64,000 nt of DNA from NCBI GenBank assembly GCA_050084515.1, contig CM114271.1, positions 31,434,001 to 31,498,000 on the forward strand, given 5' to 3'. The notes below the pieces were generated by a model. It was not told the origin of the DNA. It was given only the letters and a program-made list of their open reading frames with translations, and ran no database searches. Position 1 is the first letter of the stretch. The number at the start of each line of letters is the position of its first letter. The position numbers and the translations under genes were made by a program. The stretch is from Blasia pusilla. Taxonomy: Eukaryota. Shown here piece by piece: positions 37,911 to 51,000 of the stretch.

Positions 37911-40900
37911 ATATAATGATGTTTTAAAATGATTTTTGCCAATAGCATCTCAAACAGAGTTTGTGTTTACAAACCAAGAAGGCAAATCAAGAATTGTCCA
38001 TAACATGATACAAATAGTGAGGCTGAACGCAGAGCCCAATACTGCAACACTATGAAAACGCTAATCTATTGGCGATACACGACTAGTACCTACTGTCTAC
38101 TGTCAGCACCTCGCTAATCTGAGGGGTGTTTCATATTTCTGGTAAATACGGTGTGAACTCGCTAAGAGGTTAGCATATAATTTACCGATGTTCTTCCGTA
38201 CCGTTATATCCAAGTGCTATGTGAGTCCATTGAAATTTGCCACGTCTCGGCAAATGTCCTCTTTCCTCCTCAGGGTAAGGGAATGTGCCGGTGAATATGT
38301 ATCAAAGTGGACAGGGAACACTGTTAATTCCAAGGAGCGTCTGGAGATGGTAAGGATCGATCTGCTGTTGAAAATCACCTTGCTTGAAGCGTCCCTTTCT
38401 TATATGTCTAAGTGTTGGATTTTGGCACACCATAGCTCGTATGGAGATCGTCTACTTGAGTCCCCTGTCTTTTGTAAAAATACTAAAAAAAGTTCAAATG
38501 GAAGTGTTTTTGGGAAAGGCTTACTTCCGATGATTCCCCATCACACTTCTATGCTGGCCTTGTCTTCCCTTTTCTATGGAGATCCGTCTGCTATCAATTT
38601 TTGGCCACGTTTCGTGTGTAAAATTGGAAGCACCGGTACCGTTAATTTCCATGCACCGGAACTTATGAACCATTAGTGCAGCAAGTGAAAGAATGGGGAA
38701 ATATTAGCTGCTCAAAGAATGGGCCACCAAATCTGGTGAGTATGTGTGTAGTTGACTGTTCCTGTCATACTGCACATATGCTACGGAATAGAGATACCAT
38801 TTGAGCTTTCACACCATGCTGGACTTATGTTCTGTTGACCAAAAGAGTAGATCAGGCGATACTGAAGTTACGGATGAGGGACTCATTCCTATTGCAGCGA
38901 CCAGTTAACTCTATGTAGGCAGTCGAACGAACTTGGATCGATTCTACAGCTTCTACAACTTTTTCTCCGATGCAAAATTGCTCCAAGTTTGGACATGTTG
39001 CGTGGGATTGTAGCTATAGGAAGCGGCTCCGTTTCCATCTAACTTGTCCACTTCCGTTCTCCTGCTGAATCGAACATTCTATGCCACTGCTGTGTCGTCG
39101 TGTTCAACATTCGATGGCACAGGAAGCGAAGTGGAGAGGCGTAAAGATTCGAGTCGTAGCAAGAAACCCGACAGCGAGGAAGACGACAGAGTGATTTGCT
39201 GCGTATCTCTCACACCGGAGCTCCATTTGTGAAAGCCGCTTTGGAGGGCTGCTCCGAATGCAATACATATTTCGGTGGGATGTGGTGGGTTTCTTTCCGA
39301 ACAGCTTCGTAGACGACTTCTCCTACACGATGTGCAGGGCCTGTTAGTGCGCTCCGGCAAAGGACGCTCCACTAAAACTCAAGGTAGTACACTAAAATTT
39401 GATCTTGAATCGAAAGGAGTCTTAGGAACATCATCCGCCCTTCCGAAGTTCCGAAGTTTAAGGGATTTGAGCTTTTCACTTTTGAGGTTTCGTTACACAA
39501 ACCGGTTCGTCTTTTGAGGCCTCGAAAAACTAACCAGAACAAGCTGTCCCCACAATCTGTTTGAGAATTGATGAGCGGTTTCTTGACATAAAGCGTAATA
39601 ACCTGAGCAAAACAACATATGTGTGATAGTATCCTAGTGATAATGATAAAAAGTGGTGGTCCACCGCGCTGTCGGTCTAAGCTTTTCAAGAAAGTACGTG
39701 ACAGGGGTGCATGAGAGCGCAGTTCAGAGGAAACTCATGAGGATCTACAAAAACTTAGAGTAGGCAAGAAAAAATTGTAGAAAAGAGCAAGAATAAATGT
39801 AGGAAAGAATAATGCAATACTGTACGGAATCAAGATTAGGATAAGAAAAACGATCCCGCAGCATTCCATGACAGAAAGCTCCGAATTTTCCACATATCTA
39901 GATGCCTAGGTTGGTATTCGAGATTGTTCGGAAAGGGGTGGCAATCCCTAAAGGCGGTCCAGGCCGAAGCTTCCGTAAAGTACCTTACCAAACAACCGAT
40001 GCGTTTCGCTGACAACGAAAGAGTCCAGCGTTAGCCCTAATCCAAGGTCACTACTGTTGTTGGAATTGTGCTGCCGGGCAACACAAGCAATCATACCTGA
40101 AGTTCGGGAGAGAGCTATAGAAAGAACCTGATCCTTGATAAATGCTCTAAGACTAACCAGACTTTCTGCCAGACAAACTGATGATACAATCTTCGTTGTC
40201 TCAAGCGGTGAACGTTTCCCCTTTCGAACCGCGGCCGATAGGCCTGCCGCATCCTCTCCGTCGCTTTTCAATACCTACCGATTCCAGGACAAGTCAAATT
40301 AACGGCATCTAGCCTTTTGCGTATGCGTACGAGGGCCGCACTGTCTGAGGCCCGGACGCACATTTGGAAGGAACGCTTCTGTTAGTCTTGGCCTTGATTT
40401 GTCATCCTCGCCAACTCGGAACTAGTACCTCACTTGAACTTGCTCGATCTCCGTTTTCTGTGGGAAAAAGAGGAAGACAGTTTCTTCCCATCCTAAACGA
40501 TTTCGTCTTCCTCTTTTTCCCACAGAAAACGAGGATGTCACAAATCAAAATACGTTTTACCCTTAATTTCTAATATAATATTAGGATCAGCTTCACTGCC
40601 CCCGATCAAGAACTCCTCACAAGAACGCTCACCGGTGCTAGCCGGTCGACGAGGTCCCAAGAGCAAGTTTGAAAGAGGGAGCGAAACGAGTGCAAGGGTT
40701 TGAAGAACCTCGGGGGCTGGTCGATTAGGTAACCGGTATGTGACTACACAGGCTCTGACTGCGACTCGTCGGAAGGTCTTTGCGCTCGTCCTCTTCAGGT
40801 GGAGAGCATCACCTCCACAGGCCGATCGCGAGGGTAGAACACGGAGAAGAAGCAGAGTATCGTGTTGCAAGCAGGAGGAAAGTTGCAACTGCTCATCAGT

Positions 40901-41449
40901 ACAAAGTCCTGTGGGGAACGTCGACCTATCTGATATCCGAGCAGGAGGATGGGCGGGCGAGAGGGAGTGCTTGAGATTAAGCTTCGTAATGTTTGCCAAG
41001 AAATTTTAGGTTGTGAGACTGATCGTTTCTTCGTGCCTCTTTTACTGGGCACTCACGGACAAGGATCGACCCGAGAGCCGCTTGAGGATCAGTGTTCAAT
41101 CTACCAGAGTGTACTTTGACTTCAAGCGATTGTGCAGCGCGAACTTATTAAGAAATGTTCTGCTGGAGCGAGGGTAGTATGGTGACCTTCGTCGACAGTG
41201 GTAATTTCTGACGAGTATGAGAAGTAAAGCGTTGTCGCTTTAGCTTGTGCGCCTGTGTGTGATGGTGAATTCTCCAGGGGATGCTAGGATGGGTTTTCGT
41301 TAGGAAGTAAAAGAACGATTACGACGTTGTGACGATCGGTTCCCAGGGGTAGCCTTTGTTGCCGGAGAAGATAGTGTCGTGTTGCAGGTGGGAAAGGAGC
41401 TGGAGGTCTTGGGATGTGATTTTCGGTCTAATCTTTTGGTCGGAGTGTG

Positions 41450-42592
41450 ATGCAGAGAGAGGCAAGTGGTAGAGATATGGACGCCGAAATATGGAAGCAT
41501 TTGCCGGACGAGTTATTGGAACCCATTCTTGGACGCTTGCCATGGTGGAGCAACCTGGCAATGAGACTTGTATGCAGATCATGGAACAGGCTGCTCCGCG
41601 GCTTGGAATTCTTGAGGAACACCAGGCCACCTTCTGACAGCGGACGACATCCTTGTTGGATCTCTCGAAGCAGGGATGCCAATTACGCCATCCGAGATTG
41701 GACAAGAAACAAAAGCAGCACGTTATCGAACTTGCCAGCCACAGACCCACCGTTTCGAGTGGTTGCTGCCGCTGGTGGCCTTCTTCTGATGGTAAATGAC
41801 ATCCAGCCTTCGAAAATGATCAGCATTATTGCTAACCCATTGAATGGAAGCCGAAAAGAGTTACCTCCTGTTCCGGAACTCGGTGACTCGTGCATGTGCA
41901 AAAGTCTAGGAATGGTGGAGGACAAGAAGACGAACACACACAAGATAACAAAGGTGGTCTATAGTGAGGTTGCCAGCTTTTCGGGCGTGACCGCGCAAGA
42001 AGCGATCTATGTCTTCGATTTGAAACGGGACTCCTGGGAGATGGCGTACAAGACGCTGAGACCACATGATGAGTACCGAGCTATCATAAAAGCGGTTTTC
42101 TTGCAAAATGATTTGTACATTCTGACTGCGATGCCATCGTCACATGAGGAGCGATGGCTTTACCGTGTGTTCAAGGTGCTACCCACTCACTGGGACGAAA
42201 TTGCTCCAGATTTTTCGTCCAACCATTCTCCCTCCGAACATCTGACAAATGTGCACTTGTTCTGCCATCGCCGAGGTCTCTTCTTGGTGGGAGACAGGAG
42301 AGTGTTGAATTCCTCCACTGTGCGCATTTGGAAGCTAAACCCCGCCATGACGGCATGGGAGATGGCTTTCGTGATGCCAGATGAACTGCTGCTGCGGCTT
42401 TACGTTCCACGCCGAGGGATTCGCTTCAAGGTTTACATGGAGGGGGATTACGCTTGTTTTAGTGGGGATTTCCGAGACACGATCATCACGTGTGATATCC
42501 TCTCAGGGGTATGGAGCTTGAGCACCGGAAGTTACAAGTTTGTTGGCGACTCGGAGTTTCTCCTTGAACCGAGACTAGAAATTGTTTTGTAG
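41450..42592 (+). CDS. Intronless F-box protein with a beta-propeller (FBA/kelch-like) C-terminus
   Basis: F-box MDAEIWKHLPDELLEPILGRLP...RLVCRSWN, then VVAAAGGLL...IIANPLNGSRKELPP, VFDLKRDSW and terminal EPRL, all typical of plant F-box families. Confidence 0.88.
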   Translation: MQREASGRDMDAEIWKHLPDELLEPILGRLPWWSNLAMRLVCRSWNRLLRGLEFLRNTRPPSDSGRHPCWISRSRDANYAIRDWTRNKSSTLSNLPATDPPFRVVAAAGGLLLMVNDIQPSKMISIIANPLNGSRKELPPVPELGDSCMCKSLGMVEDKKTNTHKITKVVYSEVASFSGVTAQEAIYVFDLKRDSWEMAYKTLRPHDEYRAIIKAVFLQNDLYILTAMPSSHEERWLYRVFKVLPTHWDEIAPDFSSNHSPSEHLTNVHLFCHRRGLFLVGDRRVLNSSTVRIWKLNPAMTAWEMAFVMPDELLLRLYVPRRGIRFKVYMEGDYACFSGDFRDTIITCDILSGVWSLSTGSYKFVGDSEFLLEPRLEIVL

Positions 42593-43199
42593 GTCTGCCG
42601 CACTCCATTGATGACTGCCGGAGAGGCAAGGCAGTTCGCGACGCGATTATGGCTTTCAAAATGTAATTGCTGTCAAAGGTGGGAGACTAGATTTCCTGCA
42701 CACCGCATCCACATCCCACAGGCGGTTCGCGACAGGGTTGCAGGTTTCGTGAAGAGTAAGAATAACACGAGAGACGAAGCCGCAATTTGGAGGACTTCCG
42801 CTCACACATACGCACGAACACACACAAGTTTTATCTGTGAATACGGAACGGGTGTAACGGTGAGTGACAGTGCAGGACCTGCATCGATTGATTGATACTG
42901 GGTCCCTCAGCACCGCACTGAATCCACCCGTTTCACCTGCCTAGATCCACCCACATTGGGTATTCCCTGCGAGCGCAGTACGCAGATGTAATGAAGTGGA
43001 GCGGAACGGGTAACGTATCGCTACGTGCAATGCATGGACTTGCGGTTTGTACGCGGGTACTGTACATTCCGTACAGCAATTTCCTCGCCATGGCGAAGTG
43101 GAGCGTGTCTGTTCAAATCGACCAACCTCGTCTTGTGAGAGAACTAATGGGTGTCTCCTTCCCTTCCTCCCTCCCTCCCTCTCTCTCTCTCTCTCTCCC

Positions 43200-43358
43200 T
43201 CTTTCCGTCCTTCCAAATCTCCCTCCTCTCATCTGTGGTACCTTCTTCACTTCTTCCTCTCTCTACATCCATCCCAGTCTCAAACACCGTCCAACCAGAG
43301 CGCGGGGTCTATGGTCGCAAGGCTACGACAGACACTACTTAATGAGTACAGTCTCTCT
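43200..43358 (+). mobile_element. 5'-truncated copy of the (TC)n-associated LINE 3' end
   Basis: tggtaccttcttcacttcttcctctctctacatccatcccagtctcaaacaccgtccaacc...gagtacagtctctc, preceded by a CT-rich tract at 43156-43203. Confidence 0.85.
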
Positions 43359-46300
43359 CCAGATCGGTGGTACTAGGAACTCTACCCACGACATGTCTGA
43401 CGCTCCCTTCCAAAGTTGAGGACTTAAAATACTTGTTCACCTTCCAACTGAAACGTCGTGACCAAATGGTGTGGCTTGTGTGTGCTGTAAACAGTTGTCC
43501 TGGTTCCCACAACTCTGCTACGTGTTTCATACAGAAGGAAACCCATGTGCTGACAGGGATTCGCTTGGCAATGCATGCAGTGGTTCTTGTATCTTGCGTC
43601 ACATTGACTGGACTTGTATAGATGACCATCTTGGGTTTCGCAATCTACATTAAAGTCGCTGCAAACTTTTCTGGTGCAAACTCTTCTGGTTCGTGGGTAC
43701 CATGATTTGATTCGAATGGTCCGCGCAGTGCGTGTGTAGGTGTGCAGTTACTGACTGCAGTATTGTCAGTCAGCTAATTTTGGATGTTCCAGACTCCCAG
43801 TTGTCTTGGGTTCTCTTGAGTTCCTCGAGTCGAGTGTGTTTCACTGTTTTGATTCGATAATGATCTCAGCGGGGTCCACATTTCTACTTGGATGAACAAT
43901 GAGCGAGTCTGTCGTAACTGTTTGCGTTCCTTCTGGGAAATCCTAAAATTATTTGTACCGCTGAGATTTCTCGTTTAGTCAATGTCGGGAGCCCCCTCGG
44001 TAGTGAAGGGTGTGTTCATCACATTTAAAGCCTTCGTTTGGACGTACAGTTTCCATCGTTTTGTTTTTTTTTTTGCATTAGAGGGGGCCTGGTTCTCCAA
44101 CCCGGACGCGTTCAGAATGCGGGGACTCCGAGTCTGCATATGGTGCTCAGACGCAGATTGAGACTAGCTAGCATTCGAAGCACCGGAAGCCCTCTGGAAG
44201 GCGGACCCAGTTGTGAGAAGGCTCACAGATGTCAGGCGGCTTTTTGATGTACCCAGCGAAGCGAATCAAGAATAGCTTGGACGCAGATTGCAGAGTGAAT
44301 GTGAACCATCCGACCTTTCGCCCCAAATTTTAATCATATACGATTTGCAAGATGTTAGTAAGAACGCTGAGATGAGAACGCACATGTCACAACACATGAG
44401 AACGCAGAGCCCATTTGGCACCAAATTTCATTAAACTCCCAGGCCGCGGTCGGATAGTTTTTCTTGAAGTATTTCCGATGCCGGTCGACTCTTTGATGGA
44501 ATACCTATACGTCGGCCGGGAATTTTGAAATGGAAATGGTAATTTGAGAGTGTGACCGGCCAAGTCAACACGTAACCCCCGTTCCCAGGTTGAGGGGTAG
44601 ACTGAGATCCTACTGTAGATATCAGAACGCTTGGCGAATCATATGAACTTTCGCCTAAAATCCCTAAGATTAATTAGCACAATGTCGAGGACGCTGGGAG
44701 CGGCCATTATTATGTACACTGTGAACGCAGATGTCAGAATGTATGTGAATCCTAAGACTCCAGAAACCTTTGTTGACGGGGACAGTCCTGCTGCAAACGA
44801 GTTTCTAAATCACCTTGATACCTTTTTACCCAAAATGTAAGACACTGCTCTGTGAGATTTGCGAGCATTACATTGAAATCAAAACCTTTCATCGGAGAAA
44901 TGGTTACAAGCACGCAGCGACGGAAGGACGCTCAAGAATTCCCTCGGTCGTCAATGCTCTGGACAATGACTTTCCGTGCAGCATCTTATTAATTTTAACA
45001 ACCAATGCTCAACTCGACGTCTCAGTGTATATACTATTAGGAGAAATGTGTCGCCGTAGTCATCGCAGACGTGCGGTTACCATTTTCTCGATCGATCACT
45101 AGATGCCCTGGAATGCTCCATCTACCGGGGTTGCTATTCAAGACCCGTGGTTCCCTCAAACAACATTAATAACTCTGGATTGTACGCACTTCGTAGTAGC
45201 CACACAAACGCAGAAGGTCGATCGAAGTTCCGAATGACCTGTGCCAGCTGAGTAACACGGGCAGATCTTCAGAGGTAGCGCAAACTGAAAGCTCTCGAGA
45301 GTGTGTGCACCAGGGATCAAAACAACCGTGGTGTCTCCAACTATGCACGTAATATCTTCCTCTCAATAATGTCCACCGACTTCAAATGAGTTCCAGATAC
45401 GGAGTACATCTCCTATGATCACCCTTTCTGTGCTCCCTGTGAACCTCCTTTACTATCTACGGACCCCGTGGGTGCTCTCTCTGGATCGACATACCCACTG
45501 TCTGCTCCTCCACCGTGTGCTCCCGCTCCGCTATCAACCTCTTTAGATATGGGAAAGTGTTCCCCATCCTTGCCCATTGTACTGAAGAAGCACCCCATGC
45601 CAAATAACTTCTTTCTTTGTCGAGTGCGAGCGGAATGACCTCAAATTTCTCGTCAGCAATCTGTCCGCAGACAATTGTGCCTTTCAAGGCACAGACAGCT
45701 TCTATCCAGATATTTTGCGATTTCTAGATTTCTAGTTTCTAAGCCCGCGTCGATCCTTCCCTTCTTTCTTTCTGCGGCATACGCACGATTTACGGATTCA
45801 TCTTCCCAAGTGCTCGTGCCCCGAATCCCCACTGGGCTGGCGATACCTTAGCCGCACAGTTGTGGCAGTAGGCATGGTACTGCTGTCCATCTTCCGCCGC
45901 GTCACAATCACATTGGGGCTTTCCATAGCAGCTCTGCTCAGGCCCAGCAAGTTCGGCCACGTTTCTGCCATCGAATCACCGCTGCTCGCGTACAAGGCGG
46001 AGGGGTTGGGGGCGTGTATGTTTCTGGATCCCTCAAGTTACAGCCATCCTTGTCGCTGCTCGCAATCCAGCTCAAGATCGACGTGGTGATGACTGCATTT
46101 GCGGTGTTCTAGGTAATTATGAGATGATATCGCGAAACCACATAAATCTACGGTCGTGAACCAACCTAAACTCGTTGTAGTGTCGTCCAGACACAGCGGA
46201 GACTGATGATGAAAGGGAGTCTCTTACGCGATCGAAGGTGGACCTCTGTAATCAAATGAGGGAGGATCCTTAGGCACGTACAAGTCATTTTGAAAGAGGG

Positions 46301-46731
46301 AATTGAATGAAGAAAGATAATAAAAAATTAAATATCATCCATATGTTGAATAATAGAAGTATTTAAGTATCATCTATATTATAATTTGAGGAGGGGTATT
46401 ACTTTATTTAGTAGTTCCCTTAAAAAAAATGGTCTTTTTTAAAAATATCAGAAAATAGTGGATGAGGTTAATATCCAAAACTTTGATAAATAAATCCAAT
46501 CATGATACTCTCTGATCTTTTTTCTATTTAACCTTTCCCACAATATATTTCAGCGATTCATTTGTGCATTGCACGGGCACCAACTAGTGTGTTGGAGAGA
46601 GGGGATTGAATGTTGAGTGTCATCCATGTGCGTTGAGCTTCACACAATGTAACTATGTATCTATGGGTTTCCTTCCTGGCAACACAATCACCACGCAATT
46701 TCATTGTCTGAAGCTCAGCACACATGGATGG

Positions 46732-47021
46732 AAGCCCATAGATTGCCCCGGTCTAACTTTTAATGCGAGACCGGGCAGCTTGGACACAGGCAAGCAAGTG
46801 AGGGGGAAGTGCCAAAACGATGAACGCAACCAGGTTCGATCACGGGTCTATGCACCGGCACTCCATAACCGTGTCCACTATTTTACCAGCATTGCACGGT
46901 GTTATGGAGAGGGCTTTGTTATTTAGTTGCAAAATTCTTTTTTAACTACCTGCCCGGGGCCCCTGCCGCTGAAAGTACCGGGTCTTGATTTAAATGCGAG
47001 ACTGGGGCAATCTATGGACTT
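46732..47021. mobile_element. MITE-like element (~290 bp) with ~45-bp imperfect terminal inverted repeats
   Basis: Left aagcccatagattgccccggtct... versus right ...agactggggcaatctatggactt. Each arm contains an internal hairpin. No clear TSD. Confidence 0.6.
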
Positions 47022-48060
47022 TGCATTGCCATCGGTATCACTGAAAGCAGCCTGAATAGGAGGGGGGGGAGGAGGGGGGTTCTACCCTTGGGACAAAGGA
47101 CGAGAACGGAGACAAACCTTTTCACCAACATCAACTAATATATCTCTCCGCAAGTCAGCGCACACAAGGCTACAAACTTAGGCTTACTTAATGACATTGC
47201 CTGCCTCTGCAGTGATTTCACGGGCTCAAATCCATGTCAAACTGTTAGACCTTCCAAATTTTTTTACTTAGTTTCGCAGATGAATTCTTCAACCTCGGCG
47301 AAGGCCAATTTTTTGGAGTTCGTCAGACGTCCGAAAAAAGAACGTCTCTTCTTTCCCACTGCGCACTGACGGTCACAGTGCTGACATTTGCTGCACTTGG
47401 CAGACGGTCATAGCGAACTCCATCAGTCTTCTGAAAGCGACACCCGGCAGTCCTGGTCGCCGTAGATGATCAAGCATAGACCAAGGGGTTGAAGAACTGT
47501 AGACACTGACGAAAGAAGATAACAGGAAACGTTTGCCCATCTTCCAGACGGGTTACAGAAAACCTAGACACAAGAGTAATGCCTTTCGCCTGGATGCCCA
47601 TGAAACATAGTGTAACAAGAACTGTATACATTTCCGGTGTCAAGCACATGACAGAAATCGTTTGCTCATCTGCCAGACGGGGATAAAGGAAACCTAGATA
47701 CAGCAACCATGATCCATTTGTCAGCAGCTCGGCATTTAATCGACCATTCGGACCCGGAAATTCCGAGTGTGCTTGAAGTTGGCCAGCAATATTGGACGAT
47801 GGCCACAGTTTTGGTCCCAAGAAACAACCTGACAACGGGATTATATGAATCACCCGTTTCAGAACCTCTTCTTAGAACACAGTGTGGAAAGACCCTGATA
47901 CTAACATCTAATCAGGGCAGTTATCAGACAATCCATGAATAACATGGACACTTTACCTAATGCCGCAGATGTCCCATACAATTAAACCTACCTCAATTTG
48001 CTGATTTGTCTGCCCCACAATTTGTCCCTAAAATACCCAGAAACCAACAATGCAGACAAT

Positions 48061-51000
48061 TTATGGCCTTGTCCACTTTGAAGTAGTTCTCTCAGAATTT
48101 CTCGCCACTCCACTAGAAGAGAGGTCACTGCGTTCTGCCTCAACAAGGTCCCGCAAGTCTTCAAGATCAATGCTCATTGACTTCATCGCTGCCGTAAGGT
48201 TATCCAAAAGCCTGTCCTTTTGTGCTTCAACCCAGTCTTGAATTTCCACAGAGTTGCGAATCTCCTGGAGGGAGCACTTGGGTGCCAAAGTTGCATGCCA
48301 TCTCTTGAAATCAGCAGTCACCTCACTCAATCTGCACAATGCGTCAAATTCACAATCCAGACACTTAGTCCATGTGGACTTTCACATCCCAGCTCTAGAA
48401 TCATCATGGAGAAGAATTGCTGCAAAGACCTTGGCCACATATAAATAGATGTCATGAAAAAATCTGCATATCTGCTGAGAACTTGGGGAACAAACGAAAG
48501 CCATCTGAGGTCTTCAAATATACCACAATACCTTTGGACAGGCACTCCAGTTTGTTATTAGTAACCCAAAACATTCAAGTCTGGTCTAGGAGATACAAAT
48601 CATCTCGTGATGTGAAAAAGGCACCTAGTTTATTACAGCCATAGAGGTGAAATAAGAGTTGTGGTGACGCAACTAACCTGTCTAAAATTTTCCGCATGTT
48701 TTTCCTCTCACTTGGATGATAATAAACATCAATCACACCTTCCTTCCGTTGAACTATATCTTCCACTCTTCCAAACTTTCCACACCTCTGAAGGATGAAA
48801 TTCTCAGATGCCTCAAAGCCAACATTTGAAAGTCTGACAACAGTTGTCACGATTGGCTCTCCTGTGGTGATGCGGCACCAGCGACCTCCCAGGTAAACCC
48901 TGCCAGCTGCCAATGCGCTCTCTCGAGCCTCATCTGTCTGATAGGTACATAAGTGGTAAATAAATTTGTCAGATAATAACACATACAAGTAAATAAGCTC
49001 GAGTAGTGTTCCCACTTCCAGATCAAAACCAAATCCTTCTGGGCACCTTCAAGGTTGATGTAGGAAGGTAAAGTTCATACACATCAGCATCTAGGCTAAC
49101 AGACACAGACGGATTACATACCACTGGGCATATGCACAGCTCTCTTAAATCTTATAAGCTCCATGGGATTCTCTCCTGAAATGAAATTCCGGGACAGCTG
49201 AGTTTGTTCACACCAAAATCTATCATTTAAACTTCTCTTTACACATTAACCTTCAAGGTTGATGTAAGAAGGTAAAGTTCATACACATCAGCAGCTAGGC
49301 TGAATGTCCTTTAAACTTCTTTTCATACAACTTCAAATCGGAGCTATGGAGAGTGAAAACATTTTATTGCTTTGTTTAGACAGTTTTCTTAACAAAGCCT
49401 AGAATGTCATGCATGAGATTTGGATAAACCAAATCCTACATGGTAGGTTATGTAAAATACAGTTAGTATTTTACATAACCTACCATGTAAAATACTAACT
49501 GCACCTCAGTATTTGTAGGGCCCTGGACTTTTATGTCATGAAAAGTTACTTTGAACTCAGTTTTCTCAGCCACTATACCACTTCAGATTTGCAAGGACTT
49601 CTAAAATAGGAGTAACTTTGATTGCAGATGTGTGAAATATGTACCTTAAATTCCACCTGAGCTGAGTAAGTAGCACCCTCTTCACGAGCCAATTCAGACC
49701 GGGCAATTTCTCCATGTGCTGACAGCATCTTTTCTATGGCACTTATGGGCATTGGATACGGCAAACCCTCAACAGCAACAAAATGAGATCCTTTAGAAGA
49801 AGTTGGGCGAACGCTGCGATCGTTACTTACTGGGCCATCCATTTGTCTAGGGCGATTAGGAAGAGTACTTCGGATCCCATTCACAGGTCTGCTACTTGAG
49901 AAAATTCTCTTCGATGGCTCTGCTATGGGATTTCGGACACTTGTAGGTCTGCTATCATACCTCCTGGGACCAGAGCATGGCTCTGTTATCACTGTTGAAC
50001 CCTTGATGAAAACCTTCTCTTTCCGAAGGGCTTTAGCTAATGCTTCAGGAGTCTGCAAATAAACAGAAGTGCCCATGTTACATAACTAAGATGATTACCC
50101 TTGATGTTTTCGGACGACCACACAGGTGCTTGTGAGGCAGTCAAAGTTTAAAAAGAGTGTCGCACCCCAAACCCCAATTGAAATTCTAGTGTCAAATCAA
50201 ATGAATTACACACTGACTGAGTTACTCCCTATCCGAAGGGCAACACCTTGAATATTCATGAAATCACAATAACTTAAAAAGACATTCCTGATTACATCTG
50301 GTATGAGAAAGTTCAAAGTAAGAGATAGTCTCTGGAGACCCTAAACAACTACAAACATGATTGTGGCAAGCTATAGTGCTTCTCTACAGACTAATCAATT
50401 AGCTCATTCCGAACAGAAAAGGGCTCGAGAGACTGCTACTCCCACTTGAACCATTTTCCATAAGCAGCTAAAAGAATTAATTTGCTAGGCACATCAAACC
50501 CCATTATTCCAGTGACACACATGAATGGAGACCTGTGTTGATACTTCAAATTTGTACTTCTGGTCTAGAAAATGTTAATACTGCACAGGTAAATGTGTGT
50601 GGAAAACGCACCGAAAAGTCCACAAAGCCATACGTGAATCGAAGACCTGAACCCTTCGGCTGCATAGCCTGTGCCCTGACGATCTCACCACAATCTTCAA
50701 ATGCTGCTCGGAGATCCACCTCAGTGGCAGAGAGGGGTAGGAAGCGGATAAAAAGCCCATGGCTCTCCAACACACTCACTGTTGACGAACCTGAGAATTT
50801 ACCATTAGTTGATCCTGATCCTGTGGCAACCTCTTGCTCTACATCTGATGCCTCCTCGTAGTCATCAGCTACAAGGTCAGAATCCTCCTCTTCGTCCAAG
50901 TCAGTATCGTAACTGTCAAAAGTCACTGGAGGAGACCTACCAACATGATCTGGACTTTGTCTGAGTGGCCCCCGCTTCGAGTCATTTTGAGAATCCTGTC

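Noticed and set aside
38188-41052. Several 60-160-aa ORFs between the BRD and F-box genes
   Set aside because: No recognisable domain or consistent exon chain. Probably UTR or intergenic sequence.
44631-46089. Short ORFs on both strands with protein-like composition
   Set aside because: No motif recognised and no coherent gene model could be built by eye.
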